Part shown: positions 19,713 through 31,116 of the stretch, piece by piece | Layout: each line of letters begins with the position of its first letter | Position numbering within the stretch: position 1 is the first letter of the stretch | Origin: Candidatus Poribacteria bacterium | GTDB taxonomy: Bacteria > Poribacteria > WGA-4E > PCPOR2b | Direction of reading: 5' to 3' | Assembly (NCBI GenBank): GCA_965116925.1 | Contig: OZ220744.1 | Coordinates: 2,752,001 to 2,816,000 of the forward strand | DNA length: 64,000 bases | Notes under the pieces: generated by a model | Databases searched by the model: none | What the model saw: the letters and a program-made list of their open reading frames with translations, nothing else | Told to the model about the DNA's origin: nothing | Position numbers and translations under genes: made by a program

Positions 19713-21044
19713 CTATTGTTCCGCTTCCCCGCCATCAGGCGTGTCGCGGGAAGGAGGCGTCCCGCTTGCAGGACGGTCGGGAGGGTGCGGCTCAAATTGC
19801 CGAGCCGCGTCAGGATCAGACTCCCGCAGACGACGAAGCCCCTCCTCTGTGCCGTATTGGTCTATCAACCGTTGCGCCTTATCAGCAGGATTAGTTGATA
19901 GTCCTTCAATCAAATCCGATCCAATCCCCTGTGGTGTCAACTGTTTTTCGAGATCTGCTACACTTTGAGGGGATATAGGCTTGACTATATCGGGAAGATC
20001 TGATGGAGAGACAGGAACATCAGAGCGAACCGGGGCACCATTGGCATTTTCATTGATGCTTCCCTCAGAAAAAGGGTCTGTTGCTGAATAGTCCCCACCG
20101 AATTCTGTTTCGCTACTTCCTGACGGGAGGGTGCCCTCTAATTTTCGCATCCACCCCGGTAGTGCGTCTTCAGCGATATCAGACAGCAACCGCACCTTCA
20201 CCGGCGGTTTATCAGACTGCCCCGGTTTGGCAAAAGAGTTTAATATACGTCCTCTTTCCTTCATTGCCAGATTGTTGTCGACATTCTCTTTTGCTCTTGC
20301 CGATAACGACACATCAATTTCGCCCTTTGCTATCTTTGCCTCAATCTCCGCCATCGAGATCTTTAATTGTTTACTGAGCCAGACCTTTTTTATGAACTCT
20401 TGACGTTCATAGGGATCTTTTATCGCATAGTATTCATCGGGTATCGGTTCGCCTGCTACCTCAACACGCGCTGGGTGCTGGTCCTGCTCAAATGCTTCTA
20501 AAATCGGCGGGTCCAACTCTGACGGTAATATCGCGTCCCCTTCCTCGTACTGCCTGTCGTGCGGGACAATCACGTTATGCAGTTGACCGTCAGGAGTTAC
20601 GATTCGCTGGACAACCTGACCTTTATAGGGCGAGTTCTCAGCGAGCCTTTTTAGATGTTTCTTGACATAAGGGTTTTTTTTACCCGTTATCTCCCACGCT
20701 TGCAGTTCTATATCCTCACGATCAAAAGGCACAGGTGTATAGATATACGTCCCAGCTACCATATAGACATACTCATCGCCCCGTTTCCCCTTGTAATAGG
20801 GGTTCGTGGTATCCGCCGTTGTGCTTGGGTCTGGATTTCCGCCCCCATGGGTATGCCCTTCGGTTAGATGGTCATGCCCATCTGTTTCTGTATGTTTAAC
20901 AGAACGATTAAACGCCTGAGTGGACGATATAAAATGCTCGAATGCAACATGCTTCTGGTATTCTCTATAACCGATGTAGCAGACCAACAGTAACGCAATC
21001 AGACCCACCACAACGAGATAAGGAGTAAAACGGTAATTCAACAT
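19713..21044 (-). CDS. Hypothetical membrane-anchored protein (443 aa), cassette A partner
   Basis: One N-terminal TM helix, a His-rich stretch and an acidic/Pro-rich C-terminus; GAGGAGG RBS. Confidence 0.75.
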   Translation of the reverse strand: MLNYRFTPYLVVVGLIALLLVCYIGYREYQKHVAFEHFISSTQAFNRSVKHTETDGHDHLTEGHTHGGGNPDPSTTADTTNPYYKGKRGDEYVYMVAGTYIYTPVPFDREDIELQAWEITGKKNPYVKKHLKRLAENSPYKGQVVQRIVTPDGQLHNVIVPHDRQYEEGDAILPSELDPPILEAFEQDQHPARVEVAGEPIPDEYYAIKDPYERQEFIKKVWLSKQLKISMAEIEAKIAKGEIDVSLSARAKENVDNNLAMKERGRILNSFAKPGQSDKPPVKVRLLSDIAEDALPGWMRKLEGTLPSGSSETEFGGDYSATDPFSEGSINENANGAPVRSDVPVSPSDLPDIVKPISPQSVADLEKQLTPQGIGSDLIEGLSTNPADKAQRLIDQYGTEEGLRRLRESDPDAARQFEPHPPDRPASGTPPSRDTPDGGEAEQ

Positions 21045-21122
21045 AGTAAAAACCTCCTCAATAGTTATGAGTCAGGACGAGGTTAACCGCCTGCCCCAAC
21101 CCACACGCTCATACGGATTCAC

Positions 21123-21497
21123 CTAACCTCCGCAGCTTGAATTGGAACACGTTACCGAATCAATGCGCCAATAATACCGCCCCCATTTTATACTATTCCA
21201 ATGGAAGTGTGTTAACTCACCAGTTATTAAGTGATAGGTGTTTGTTACATTCCAGCACTCCTCTCTGACGCGGGTTCGATGGATTGTGGTCGAACTTCCA
21301 CAATACGAGCAAGTGCCACTGATCGTATCCGATGACATATCTTTCCACTTGTATTTGTGACCAGACTCACTATACTCTAACCACCCTTGGTCAGCCTCAG
21401 CTCTCTCAGGTTGAAAACCAGCATATATCCCCAAACCAACTACCAATACCCCAACAATCAACAACGAAACTTTCAACTGTCCTTTTGCTGCAAACAT
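21123..21497 (-). CDS. Small secreted Cys/Trp-rich protein (124 aa), cassette A
   Basis: MFAAK start after GGGAG; signal peptide ending AEA; CSYC and C-terminal CSNSSC. Confidence 0.7.
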   Translation of the reverse strand: MFAAKGQLKVSLLIVGVLVVGLGIYAGFQPERAEADQGWLEYSESGHKYKWKDMSSDTISGTCSYCGSSTTIHRTRVREECWNVTNTYHLITGELTHFHWNSIKWGRYYWRIDSVTCSNSSCGG

Positions 21498-21528
21498 GGT
21501 AAATCTCCCTATTACCATAGTTCCGGCC

Positions 21529-21578
21529 AAAAACAAAAAGGGGCTGCGCCCTCAAATCGCGCAGCCCCTTTTTGTTTT
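21529..21578 (-). terminator. Leader terminator (attenuator) upstream of cassette A
   Basis: GGGGCTGCGC-GATTTGAGG-GCGCAGCCCC-TTTTTGTTTTT, ~30 nt before the ATG. Confidence 0.75.
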
Positions 21579-21645
21579 AAGTTGAAACTAATAGTTTAAT
21601 AAGGGTATACTATAAACAATTGTTAGGTGTTCATCCTAACAATGG

Positions 21646-21720
21646 CGAAGCGACTCGAGGTCGTGTCTCGTTTTGCTTCAGGGGGCTTCGAGCTGGACCT
21701 CGGAGCTCCCACAACTACCC
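21646..21720 (-). ncRNA. Conserved structured leader RNA, copy A
   Basis: Two hairpins shared with 23221-23287 and 24544-24610; starts just downstream of a consensus promoter. Confidence 0.6.
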
Positions 21721-21749
21721 ATTCTATACCATCTTGAAAAATCTGTCAA
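21721..21749 (-). promoter_or_regulatory. Sigma70 promoter of cassette A
   Basis: TTGACA-N17-TAGAAT on the minus strand. Confidence 0.75.
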
Positions 21750-21785
21750 CACTTTTTTTCTTAAAATCAACAATTTGCTGAGATT

Positions 21786-23051
21786 ATGGCAAAACCTTTT
21801 CGCGTTGCCGCTATCGTAACCACCTTTTTTCCGAACAGTCATGCCGGGGTGATAGTTCCCAAATTCCTGCGTGGCTTTCCCACCGACGATGGACTGATTG
21901 CGCCGCGTACCCAGCTCGCGTCACTCTTCATTGACCAGATCCATCAAAATGATGTTGGGCGGCAGATCGCTCACGAATACGATATCCCCATCTACGAGAG
22001 CATTCGTGCCGCGCTCACGCTCGGCGGCGATAGTCTGGCTGTGGATGCGGTGCTGCTCATCGGTGAGCACGGGGACTACCCACGCTCTGTACTGGGTCAG
22101 GAGATGCTGCCGCGGCGATATTTCTTTGAGCAGATCTGCGGCGTTATTGCGGAGTCGGATCGCCCCATTCCTATCTACAACGACAAGCATCTGTCCTACC
22201 GTTGGGATGATGCTCACTGGATGTACACAACCGCCACGCAGCTGGACATACCGCTCTGGGCGGGATCGGCGTTGCCGGTGGGTTGGCGGTGCCCGAACTT
22301 TGAGCATCCGTTGGGCGCACCAATCGAGGAAGCGTTGTCCATCGGGTTTCACATGATTGAACGGTACGGTTTTCATGCGCTGGAAAGCCTACAGTGTCAG
22401 GTGGAACGGCGACAGGGAGGCGAAACGGGTGTCTGTGCGGTGCAATGTTTGTCCGGTGATGCGGTTTGGCGCGCTGCCGATGAGGGACGATGGTCGTTTG
22501 AACTTGCTAACCATGCCCTCGGTACGATTGAAGACGGGCCCAAATCCCTCGATCCGTCGCAGGTCGAAGATCCACACGTCTTCTTGATTGAGTATAGCGA
22601 TGGGTTGAAAGGTGCGGCGTTGATGCTTGGCGATAACGGCTATGTGCGGAAGTTCGCCTACGCAGCCAAGCGTGGAGAAGTCATTGATGCAATGGAATAC
22701 CACACCGATTCGGGGGCGACCCATGCGGTTTTCAGCTATATGGGGCTGAATATTGAGGACTTCTTCCTGAGCGGTGTCCCGCCCAGTCCGGTTGAGCGAA
22801 CCTATCTGACGACTGGCATCTTGGAGGCGGTGATGCGCTCCCACGGCAGCGGTGGCTCACAGATCGAAACCCCGCACTTGGCTATAGGTTATACGGCTAC
22901 TGAATCCCAACTTCGACGACCCACTAGCACTCGCCCAACCGGTGCGTCCCTTTCGGCGTGGGAGATGCCGGAGCCGGGTGCCACTCCCGCTGCGGATTTG
23001 ATTCCTATCGGGCGCGATGGGACAATTCGGGGGCGTCGGCGTTTCAACTAG
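21786..23051 (+). CDS. Conserved hypothetical protein, possibly a Gfo/Idh/MocA-like oxidoreductase
   Basis: 421 aa; VDAVLLIGEHGDYP, YNDKHLS, YGFHALE and PVERTYLTTG motifs. Confidence 0.7.
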   Translation: MAKPFRVAAIVTTFFPNSHAGVIVPKFLRGFPTDDGLIAPRTQLASLFIDQIHQNDVGRQIAHEYDIPIYESIRAALTLGGDSLAVDAVLLIGEHGDYPRSVLGQEMLPRRYFFEQICGVIAESDRPIPIYNDKHLSYRWDDAHWMYTTATQLDIPLWAGSALPVGWRCPNFEHPLGAPIEEALSIGFHMIERYGFHALESLQCQVERRQGGETGVCAVQCLSGDAVWRAADEGRWSFELANHALGTIEDGPKSLDPSQVEDPHVFLIEYSDGLKGAALMLGDNGYVRKFAYAAKRGEVIDAMEYHTDSGATHAVFSYMGLNIEDFFLSGVPPSPVERTYLTTGILEAVMRSHGSGGSQIETPHLAIGYTATESQLRRPTSTRPTGASLSAWEMPEPGATPAADLIPIGRDGTIRGRRRFN

Positions 23052-23220
23052 GTTCTGTTGACATTTTATATTGATGCACCTACAACAGTATTTTGGGCAG
23101 GCACAAGCCCCCGATGAATCGGGATTAAGAAACCTGCCCCTACATTACATCGAATGACCCGAGCCAGCCCCGTCCACACTTTCTGATTGTATATTCGAGC
23201 GTTTCTGCTATTTATACACT

Positions 23221-23287
23221 CGAAGCGATTCGAGGACCCGCTCGGATCGTTTCACGGGGTCGGGAGGTGTCAGCTCCCAACCCCACC
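23221..23287 (-). ncRNA. Conserved structured leader RNA, copy B (orphan)
   Basis: GGGGTTGGGAG-CTGACAC-CTCCCGACCCC followed by TGAAACGATCCGAG-CGGGTC-CTCGAATCGCTTCG. Confidence 0.6.
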
Positions 23288-23294
23288 ATTTTTT

Positions 23295-24002
23295 TCAAGG
23301 TTCAGCCCACCCGTTTTCACGTAACATCTCCAACAACAGGGTATAGCCCTGATCCTTCAATTCAGGGTTTTGGGCATACAACACTTGCACCGCTGGCGGC
23401 GCAGCATTGCCCATCTGCGATTTGACTTCTGCTAAAAAATCACGCTGATCCTCTGCAGATAACGTATTGAGATGATCGACAATCATCGGGATCGCTTGAT
23501 TCATCGTCTGCAGCACTCGCTTGCGGACCACCGCTGCATCTTCGAGCGCTGCTTCCGTTTTGGCTGCCATTTCCTCTAGCTCCGCAAGGGATTGCTCAAA
23601 AGCAGCCGTATCGGCTGCAGTAGACGCCGAAACCGATGCTTTGTCGGGTTCAACTTCGCTCACAATTGGATCTAACAAGCCATCCGTATCCGATACGAGT
23701 GGATCCACCGCTTCATCAATTGGACGATGCGAAACGCTATCCGTCGATTCGACCGGTGGCGTCGTGCGCTCGTTCAGGATTGCCCGCCGTTCCGATGGAT
23801 CCGGTAGCAGATAGACCCGCTCCGACTCGACCGACTTCGACGGGCGCACATAAGCGAAATATACCACCCACGAAATGATCAGCGTCAAAACTACGACAAT
23901 CCCTAACCCGATGAACAGTGGCGACCGAAGCTCTTTCAGATACTCCCGCCACGATCGCCAGCCCTTGCCTGTCCGATCTCGCCAGTCGTAAAAAATCGGC
24001 AT
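23295..24002 (-). CDS. Hypothetical membrane-anchored protein (235 aa), cassette C partner
   Basis: One N-terminal TM helix, an acidic linker and a helical C-terminus; AAAGGAGG RBS. Confidence 0.75.
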   Translation of the reverse strand: MPIFYDWRDRTGKGWRSWREYLKELRSPLFIGLGIVVVLTLIISWVVYFAYVRPSKSVESERVYLLPDPSERRAILNERTTPPVESTDSVSHRPIDEAVDPLVSDTDGLLDPIVSEVEPDKASVSASTAADTAAFEQSLAELEEMAAKTEAALEDAAVVRKRVLQTMNQAIPMIVDHLNTLSAEDQRDFLAEVKSQMGNAAPPAVQVLYAQNPELKDQGYTLLLEMLRENGWAEP

Positions 24003-24020
24003 TTGAAACCTCCTTTAAGA

Positions 24021-24395
24021 CTATCCTGCACCCTGACGCTGCATGCACTCCCAATACTCCTGATCAGCGACAATGGCTTGAAGCATCGCCGCAGCCAAAG
24101 CCGCCTCCGCAGCCAAAAGAAAACCGAACGCAACCGCAATCGCAATCGGGTTTGCAGACGCGATCGCGGCAACTAAAGCGCCCTCCGCAGCAATGACCGC
24201 GACCAGTGCGGCTGCCTGCCATGCGAGCGCTACATTCAACGCATTGCGCTCCGATTGACAGACCTGTGCGATCGCTTCGACTGCCAAAAACGCCATAACA
24301 CATAACAGAATAACGCTGATTAACCGTAACAGGTTCCGATTCAACCTAAACGTAGGGACAGTGATTTGTGGTACGGGTAAAGCAAACGCAAACAT
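24021..24395 (-). CDS. Small secreted Ala-rich hydrophobic protein (124 aa), cassette C
   Basis: MFAFA start after GGGAG; signal peptide ending AIA; mature part has Cys near both ends around a long hydrophobic core. Confidence 0.7.
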   Translation of the reverse strand: MFAFALPVPQITVPTFRLNRNLLRLISVILLCVMAFLAVEAIAQVCQSERNALNVALAWQAAALVAVIAAEGALVAAIASANPIAIAVAFGFLLAAEAALAAAMLQAIVADQEYWECMQRQGAG

Positions 24396-24431
24396 AACAA
24401 AATCTCCCAACCGCCACCGGAAGCCACAAAC

Positions 24432-24466
24432 AAAAAAAGGCTGCGTCGTCACGAATCGCGCAGCCC
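24432..24466 (-). terminator. Leader terminator (attenuator) upstream of cassette C
   Basis: GGCTGCG-CGATTCGTGACGA-CGCAGCC-TTTTTTT; homologous to 21529-21578. Confidence 0.75.
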
Positions 24467-24543
24467 TAAGAAGTTTGTTGCCAAGCCAGTTGGCGTGATA
24501 GGTTGTGGGTTGACCGTCGGCATATTTTCCGACGACCGAAATT

Positions 24544-24610
24544 GGGCGATTCGAGGATCTGCTCGGGTTGCTTCAGGGAGGTGCGGAGGTATCAGCTCCA
24601 AGTCTCCCAC
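24544..24610 (-). ncRNA. Conserved structured leader RNA, copy C
   Basis: GGGAGACTTGGAG-CTGATAC-CTCCGCACCTCCC followed by TGAAGCAACCCGAG-CAGATC-CTCGAATCGC. Confidence 0.6.
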
Positions 24611-24724
24611 TTTATCTAAGGCGCAATTGACATGCCAAAAGTGACAATAATCGCACAAAGCCAGTCACCATCGAGCTTTCAACGCGAAATGTTAAAAAAG
24701 TCGTTGAAGTGATTAACCCAATTA

Positions 24725-24774
24725 TTAGCAACAGTTGCTAAGCAATAGTTGCTAACGTTAGCAACAGTTGCCAA
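24725..24774. repeat. Three tandem copies of the palindrome TTAGCAAC-A-GTTGCTAA
   Basis: Read directly at 24725, 24739 and 24758. Confidence 0.7.
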
Positions 24775-25068
24775 CCTTCTCGCAGACACCAACAGACTTA
24801 AAAAGCTGCGCGAAGTACACGGAGCATTTTATTATGACTTATCCCGACAAAAAGATAGGGAGTTATTAAAGTATTTTAACCAACTCAAACCAGAAACAGT
24901 CAAAGGCAAGCGTTTCGTGAACACAAAAAAGCGGTATCATGCCAGGGAATGAAACGACGCTTTAACATCTGATTCACCTCCTTGAGGGAGGTTTTCAGCA
25001 GGAGCGAATTCAGGAGTAGTGGGAGCGTAGGTGGGTTCCACACTCCCACTGACCCTACTTTGCGAAGA

Positions 25069-28018
<2,950 letters not shown>

Positions 28019-28020
28019 TT

Positions 28021-28190
28021 TATAGTGAATTCAAAAAATAAAGAAACAGTTGCGCCACCCGGTAGGTGCGGTTTGTAACCGCACCGCATCGGCGCAGTTA
28101 GAAACAGCGCCTACCAAACAGAAGAACGGTCGTTTCATTTTCCTAACCGCACCGGTTTGGCGTGTCCCATTAATTCTAAAATCTACTATA
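28021..28190. mobile_element. MITE-like element with a REP interior (second copy at 60895-61002)
   Basis: Ends TATAGTGAATTCAAAAAATAAAGAAACA and TTAATTCTAAAATCTACTATA are identical in both copies and form an imperfect inverted repeat. Confidence 0.7.
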
Positions 28191-28237
28191 ATCACCGAAT
28201 ATGTTAGATGTCAGGATTCGGAGATCCCTCCTACAGT

Positions 28238-28681
28238 TTATTCAAGAGGTCTTTTCATCTGAAAATGTGTTGCGTTTTCATCGACGATTGTGAATCCTAG
28301 TCTTTGGTAGAAGGCGGTAGCACGGGTGTTAATTTTTAGCACCTGAAGCGTCACAGGTTTTTGTTCACGGTTGGCATCCTCGATAATGCGCTTCATGCAC
28401 GCCGCCCCGATTCCTTTGCCTTGGTGCTCAGGCAGGATATAGAGTTGGTCAACCTTGAACGTGTCAGGGGTGTTCCGCGTTGACAAGAAACCGACGTCAG
28501 TGCCGTGCAACTGGATGATGCGAATCCCCTGTGAATCGAACCGCCTATTGTGCAGATCTCTTTGATAGGTGTCATCCCAGCCCCAGATCTGCTCCACATA
28601 TTCTCGGAACGCTGCTTTCTTAACGGCAAAAACAAATTCGCGGTCAGTTGCCTCTGCCTTGCGAATGCTCAACGCTTCCAT
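28238..28681 (-). CDS. GNAT-family N-acetyltransferase
   Basis: YILPEHQGKGIG and NTRATAFYQRLGF. Confidence 0.92.
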   Translation of the reverse strand: MEALSIRKAEATDREFVFAVKKAAFREYVEQIWGWDDTYQRDLHNRRFDSQGIRIIQLHGTDVGFLSTRNTPDTFKVDQLYILPEHQGKGIGAACMKRIIEDANREQKPVTLQVLKINTRATAFYQRLGFTIVDENATHFQMKRPLE

Positions 28682-28690
28682 CCAAGACCT

Positions 28691-29086
28691 CTATGTTCCC
28701 CCGCAGGGAAATTTATGCAAGCCATCGGGGATCTTAGACCATGGGACTGCCATTTCGGTCCAGATTTCTCGTGTGGGTCGTAGATCCTCAGAATTGTCTA
28801 GGGTGCCCGCCTTGATGAACACCAAGTCGGGGTAACGTGTAAACAATTGCGAACCACATTCCGGGCAGAATTCACGACTCTTTGTGAGGCCCTCATCATT
28901 CGTAGATTCGTATCCCTTAGTTTTACCGCTCAGTCGAAACGTGCTCGTTGGCACCCTAACTCCGACGTTGAACGCGCTGCCTGTGACTCGACGACAGTCA
29001 TCACAGTGGCAATAGGTCACAGACAGGGGTTCCGATTCGCTTGTATAGCTGACCGCCCCACAAAGACATCGACCTGTTAACGGCAT
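28691..29086 (-). CDS. GFA/CENP-V family protein
   Basis: GRCLCGAV, CHCDDCRR and FCPECGS. Confidence 0.92.
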   Translation of the reverse strand: MPLTGRCLCGAVSYTSESEPLSVTYCHCDDCRRVTGSAFNVGVRVPTSTFRLSGKTKGYESTNDEGLTKSREFCPECGSQLFTRYPDLVFIKAGTLDNSEDLRPTREIWTEMAVPWSKIPDGLHKFPCGGT

Positions 29087-29142
29087 TGGCAGCCTACCTT
29101 TCCAGATAGTTGGGTGCATCAATTCAAAAGGTTGAACCTATA

Positions 29143-29559
29143 TCAACTTCGTTCGGTCGCACACGTCGGACACAAGCCGTACAACTCTAGTTTGTATCCC
29201 TTCACTTCAAATCCCCGCGCTTTGAACTGCTGCGTATTAAGCGGTTCGGAGAGCGGTGCGTCAACATCAAGTAACCGATCACAACCTGTACAGATCAGGT
29301 GGTGATGGTCTGTGAGGTTTGCGTCAAAGCGCGCATATTCGCCATGCTCCACCTTCCGAATCAGACCGAGTTCGACCAACACGCTTAATCCCCGATAGAC
29401 AGTGCCCAAGCTGATGTGTGGCAGACGAACCTTTACCGCATCATAAACCTCTTTCGCGCTTGGGTGGTGTTGCTGCTCTCGCACCTCTTCAAGGATAATC
29501 TGGCGTTGACGGGTAAATCGATAGCCTTCTTGCCTGAGCCCTTCGCTTAACTCTTTCAT
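29143..29559 (-). CDS. Fur-family regulator, PerR-like
   Basis: TRQR, HPSA, ISLGTVYR, RFD, HHHLICTGC and CPTC; upstream of katG on the same strand. Confidence 0.92.
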   Translation of the reverse strand: MKELSEGLRQEGYRFTRQRQIILEEVREQQHHPSAKEVYDAVKVRLPHISLGTVYRGLSVLVELGLIRKVEHGEYARFDANLTDHHHLICTGCDRLLDVDAPLSEPLNTQQFKARGFEVKGYKLELYGLCPTCATERS

Positions 29560-29668
29560 ATTGACCCGCTTAGTTCATTGGTTCACTAGTTCATTGAACT
29601 GATGAACGATATACATTGCGTGCTTCATACAGCAGTTACGGCATACGGAATATACTTGCCATATTATT

Positions 29669-29727
29669 AGTAATAATTCCTATTACTGATAGATAGAATT
29701 ATACCAAAAAGGAATTGGATAGGTCAA
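29669..29727 (-). promoter_or_regulatory. Promoter with a Fur/Per-box-like operator
   Basis: TTGACC-N18-TATAAT on the minus strand (29727-29698), then the 19-bp inverted repeat AGTAATA-N5-TATTACT (29669-29687). Confidence 0.65.
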
Positions 29728-29886
29728 GTTAAAAATGTTTTTTTTATTATGAAAAGGATATTGGGTTCCATGGACATTCTGTTGTCGAGATATGAATCTT
29801 GACCTACAGGATACTTGCTCGTTTTGGGCGTGGTGGGAGGGTCGGGCAAGATGCCCGACCTATGTGTTCTCAAATGTCAACACGCC

Positions 29887-30951
29887 CTAGACGAGCGCGC
29901 TTACCACAGCATCCCCGACCTGTGAGGTGGTGGCTTGACCGTCGAGGTCCGGCGGTCGGGTTTCGCCCTTTTCGACTACGTTTAATACGGCTGCGTCGAT
30001 CGTGTCTGCTGCTTCCGTCTCGCCGACGAAGCGCAGCATCATGGAACCGGAGACAATCGCCGCCAACGGATTGGCGATACCTTGCCCCATAATGTCCGGA
30101 GCACTGCCATGAACCGGCTCGAACATTGAGGGAAATCGGCGTTGCGGATCGAGATTGCCACTCGGTGCCAGTCCCATGCTTCCGCTGATAATCGCGCCGA
30201 TGTCCGTGAGGATATCGCCAAACAGGTTGCTAGCGACCACCACATCGAAGTCCTCCGGCCTGCGGACAAAATCCATACATGCCGCGTCCACAAGCAGCGA
30301 TTCTGTCTCTATATCGGGATACTTCTCTGCCACACGCTCGAAGGCGGTATCCCATACAATCATGCCGTAACCTTGCGCGTTTGACTTGGTAACTGAAGTA
30401 ACTTTGCGTTTCTTGTTTCGTGCGCGCGCTTGCTCGAAGGCGTAGGTGATGACGCGCTCGCTGCCGTGACGGGTAAATACGCCGACCTGTACGCCAATCT
30501 CTTCGGGGAACCCTTGGTACTGAAACCCACCGACGTTGGCATATTCGCCCTCTGTGTTCTCCCGTATCACTACCAGATCGATGTCCCAAGGTTCTTTATC
30601 CTTGAGCGGTGCGTTGATACCGGGATAGAGGACGTTGGGTCGCTCGCAGACGTACTGATCGAATCTGCGCCGGATCGGCAGTAGAAGCCCGTTGAGTGTC
30701 AGATGGTCTTGGATGTCGGGGTGCCCGACTGCGCCGAGATAGATCTGGTCGAATTCTGCCAATATATCAAGGGCATCGGGTGGCATCATGTGCCCATGCT
30801 CGAAGTAGTAGTCTGAACCCCAAGGGAACTCAACAAAATCCCATGTGATGTCGTACCTGTCGGCGATGGTGTTGAGGACCTTGAGACCTTCTTCCATCAC
30901 CTCGATCCCAATTCCATCGCCTCGAATTACTGCAATTTTGTATTTAGCCAT
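29887..30951 (-). CDS. Tartrate/D-malate/isopropylmalate-type decarboxylating dehydrogenase
   Basis: GDGIGIEV, RENTEGEY, TKSNAQ, SNLFGDILTD and FEPVHGSAPDI. Confidence 0.9.
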   Translation of the reverse strand: MAKYKIAVIRGDGIGIEVMEEGLKVLNTIADRYDITWDFVEFPWGSDYYFEHGHMMPPDALDILAEFDQIYLGAVGHPDIQDHLTLNGLLLPIRRRFDQYVCERPNVLYPGINAPLKDKEPWDIDLVVIRENTEGEYANVGGFQYQGFPEEIGVQVGVFTRHGSERVITYAFEQARARNKKRKVTSVTKSNAQGYGMIVWDTAFERVAEKYPDIETESLLVDAACMDFVRRPEDFDVVVASNLFGDILTDIGAIISGSMGLAPSGNLDPQRRFPSMFEPVHGSAPDIMGQGIANPLAAIVSGSMMLRFVGETEAADTIDAAVLNVVEKGETRPPDLDGQATTSQVGDAVVSALV

Positions 30952-31116
30952 ATTTGTCCTTTCTGATGTTGGTTCATTGGTTCATTGATCTATTGGTGCC
31001 TCATTGCTATGCACATTGCGCTCCTCTGGAGCGCGTGGATTTGCCACATTGTCATTCTATAAACATTGCGCTCCTCTGGAGCGCGTGTTTCTGCTGCAGC
31101 TTACTTGGCTGGTGTA

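Noticed and set aside
21646..21720. Leader RNA as a hammerhead ribozyme or c-di-GMP/c-di-AMP riboswitch
   Set aside because: It lacks the CUGANGA/GAAA core and the consensus nucleotides of those classes as I recall them.
31013..31087. 25-bp direct repeat ACATTGCGCTCCTCTGGAGCGCGTG, two copies
   Set aside because: An ordinary REP-like palindrome doublet with no further support.
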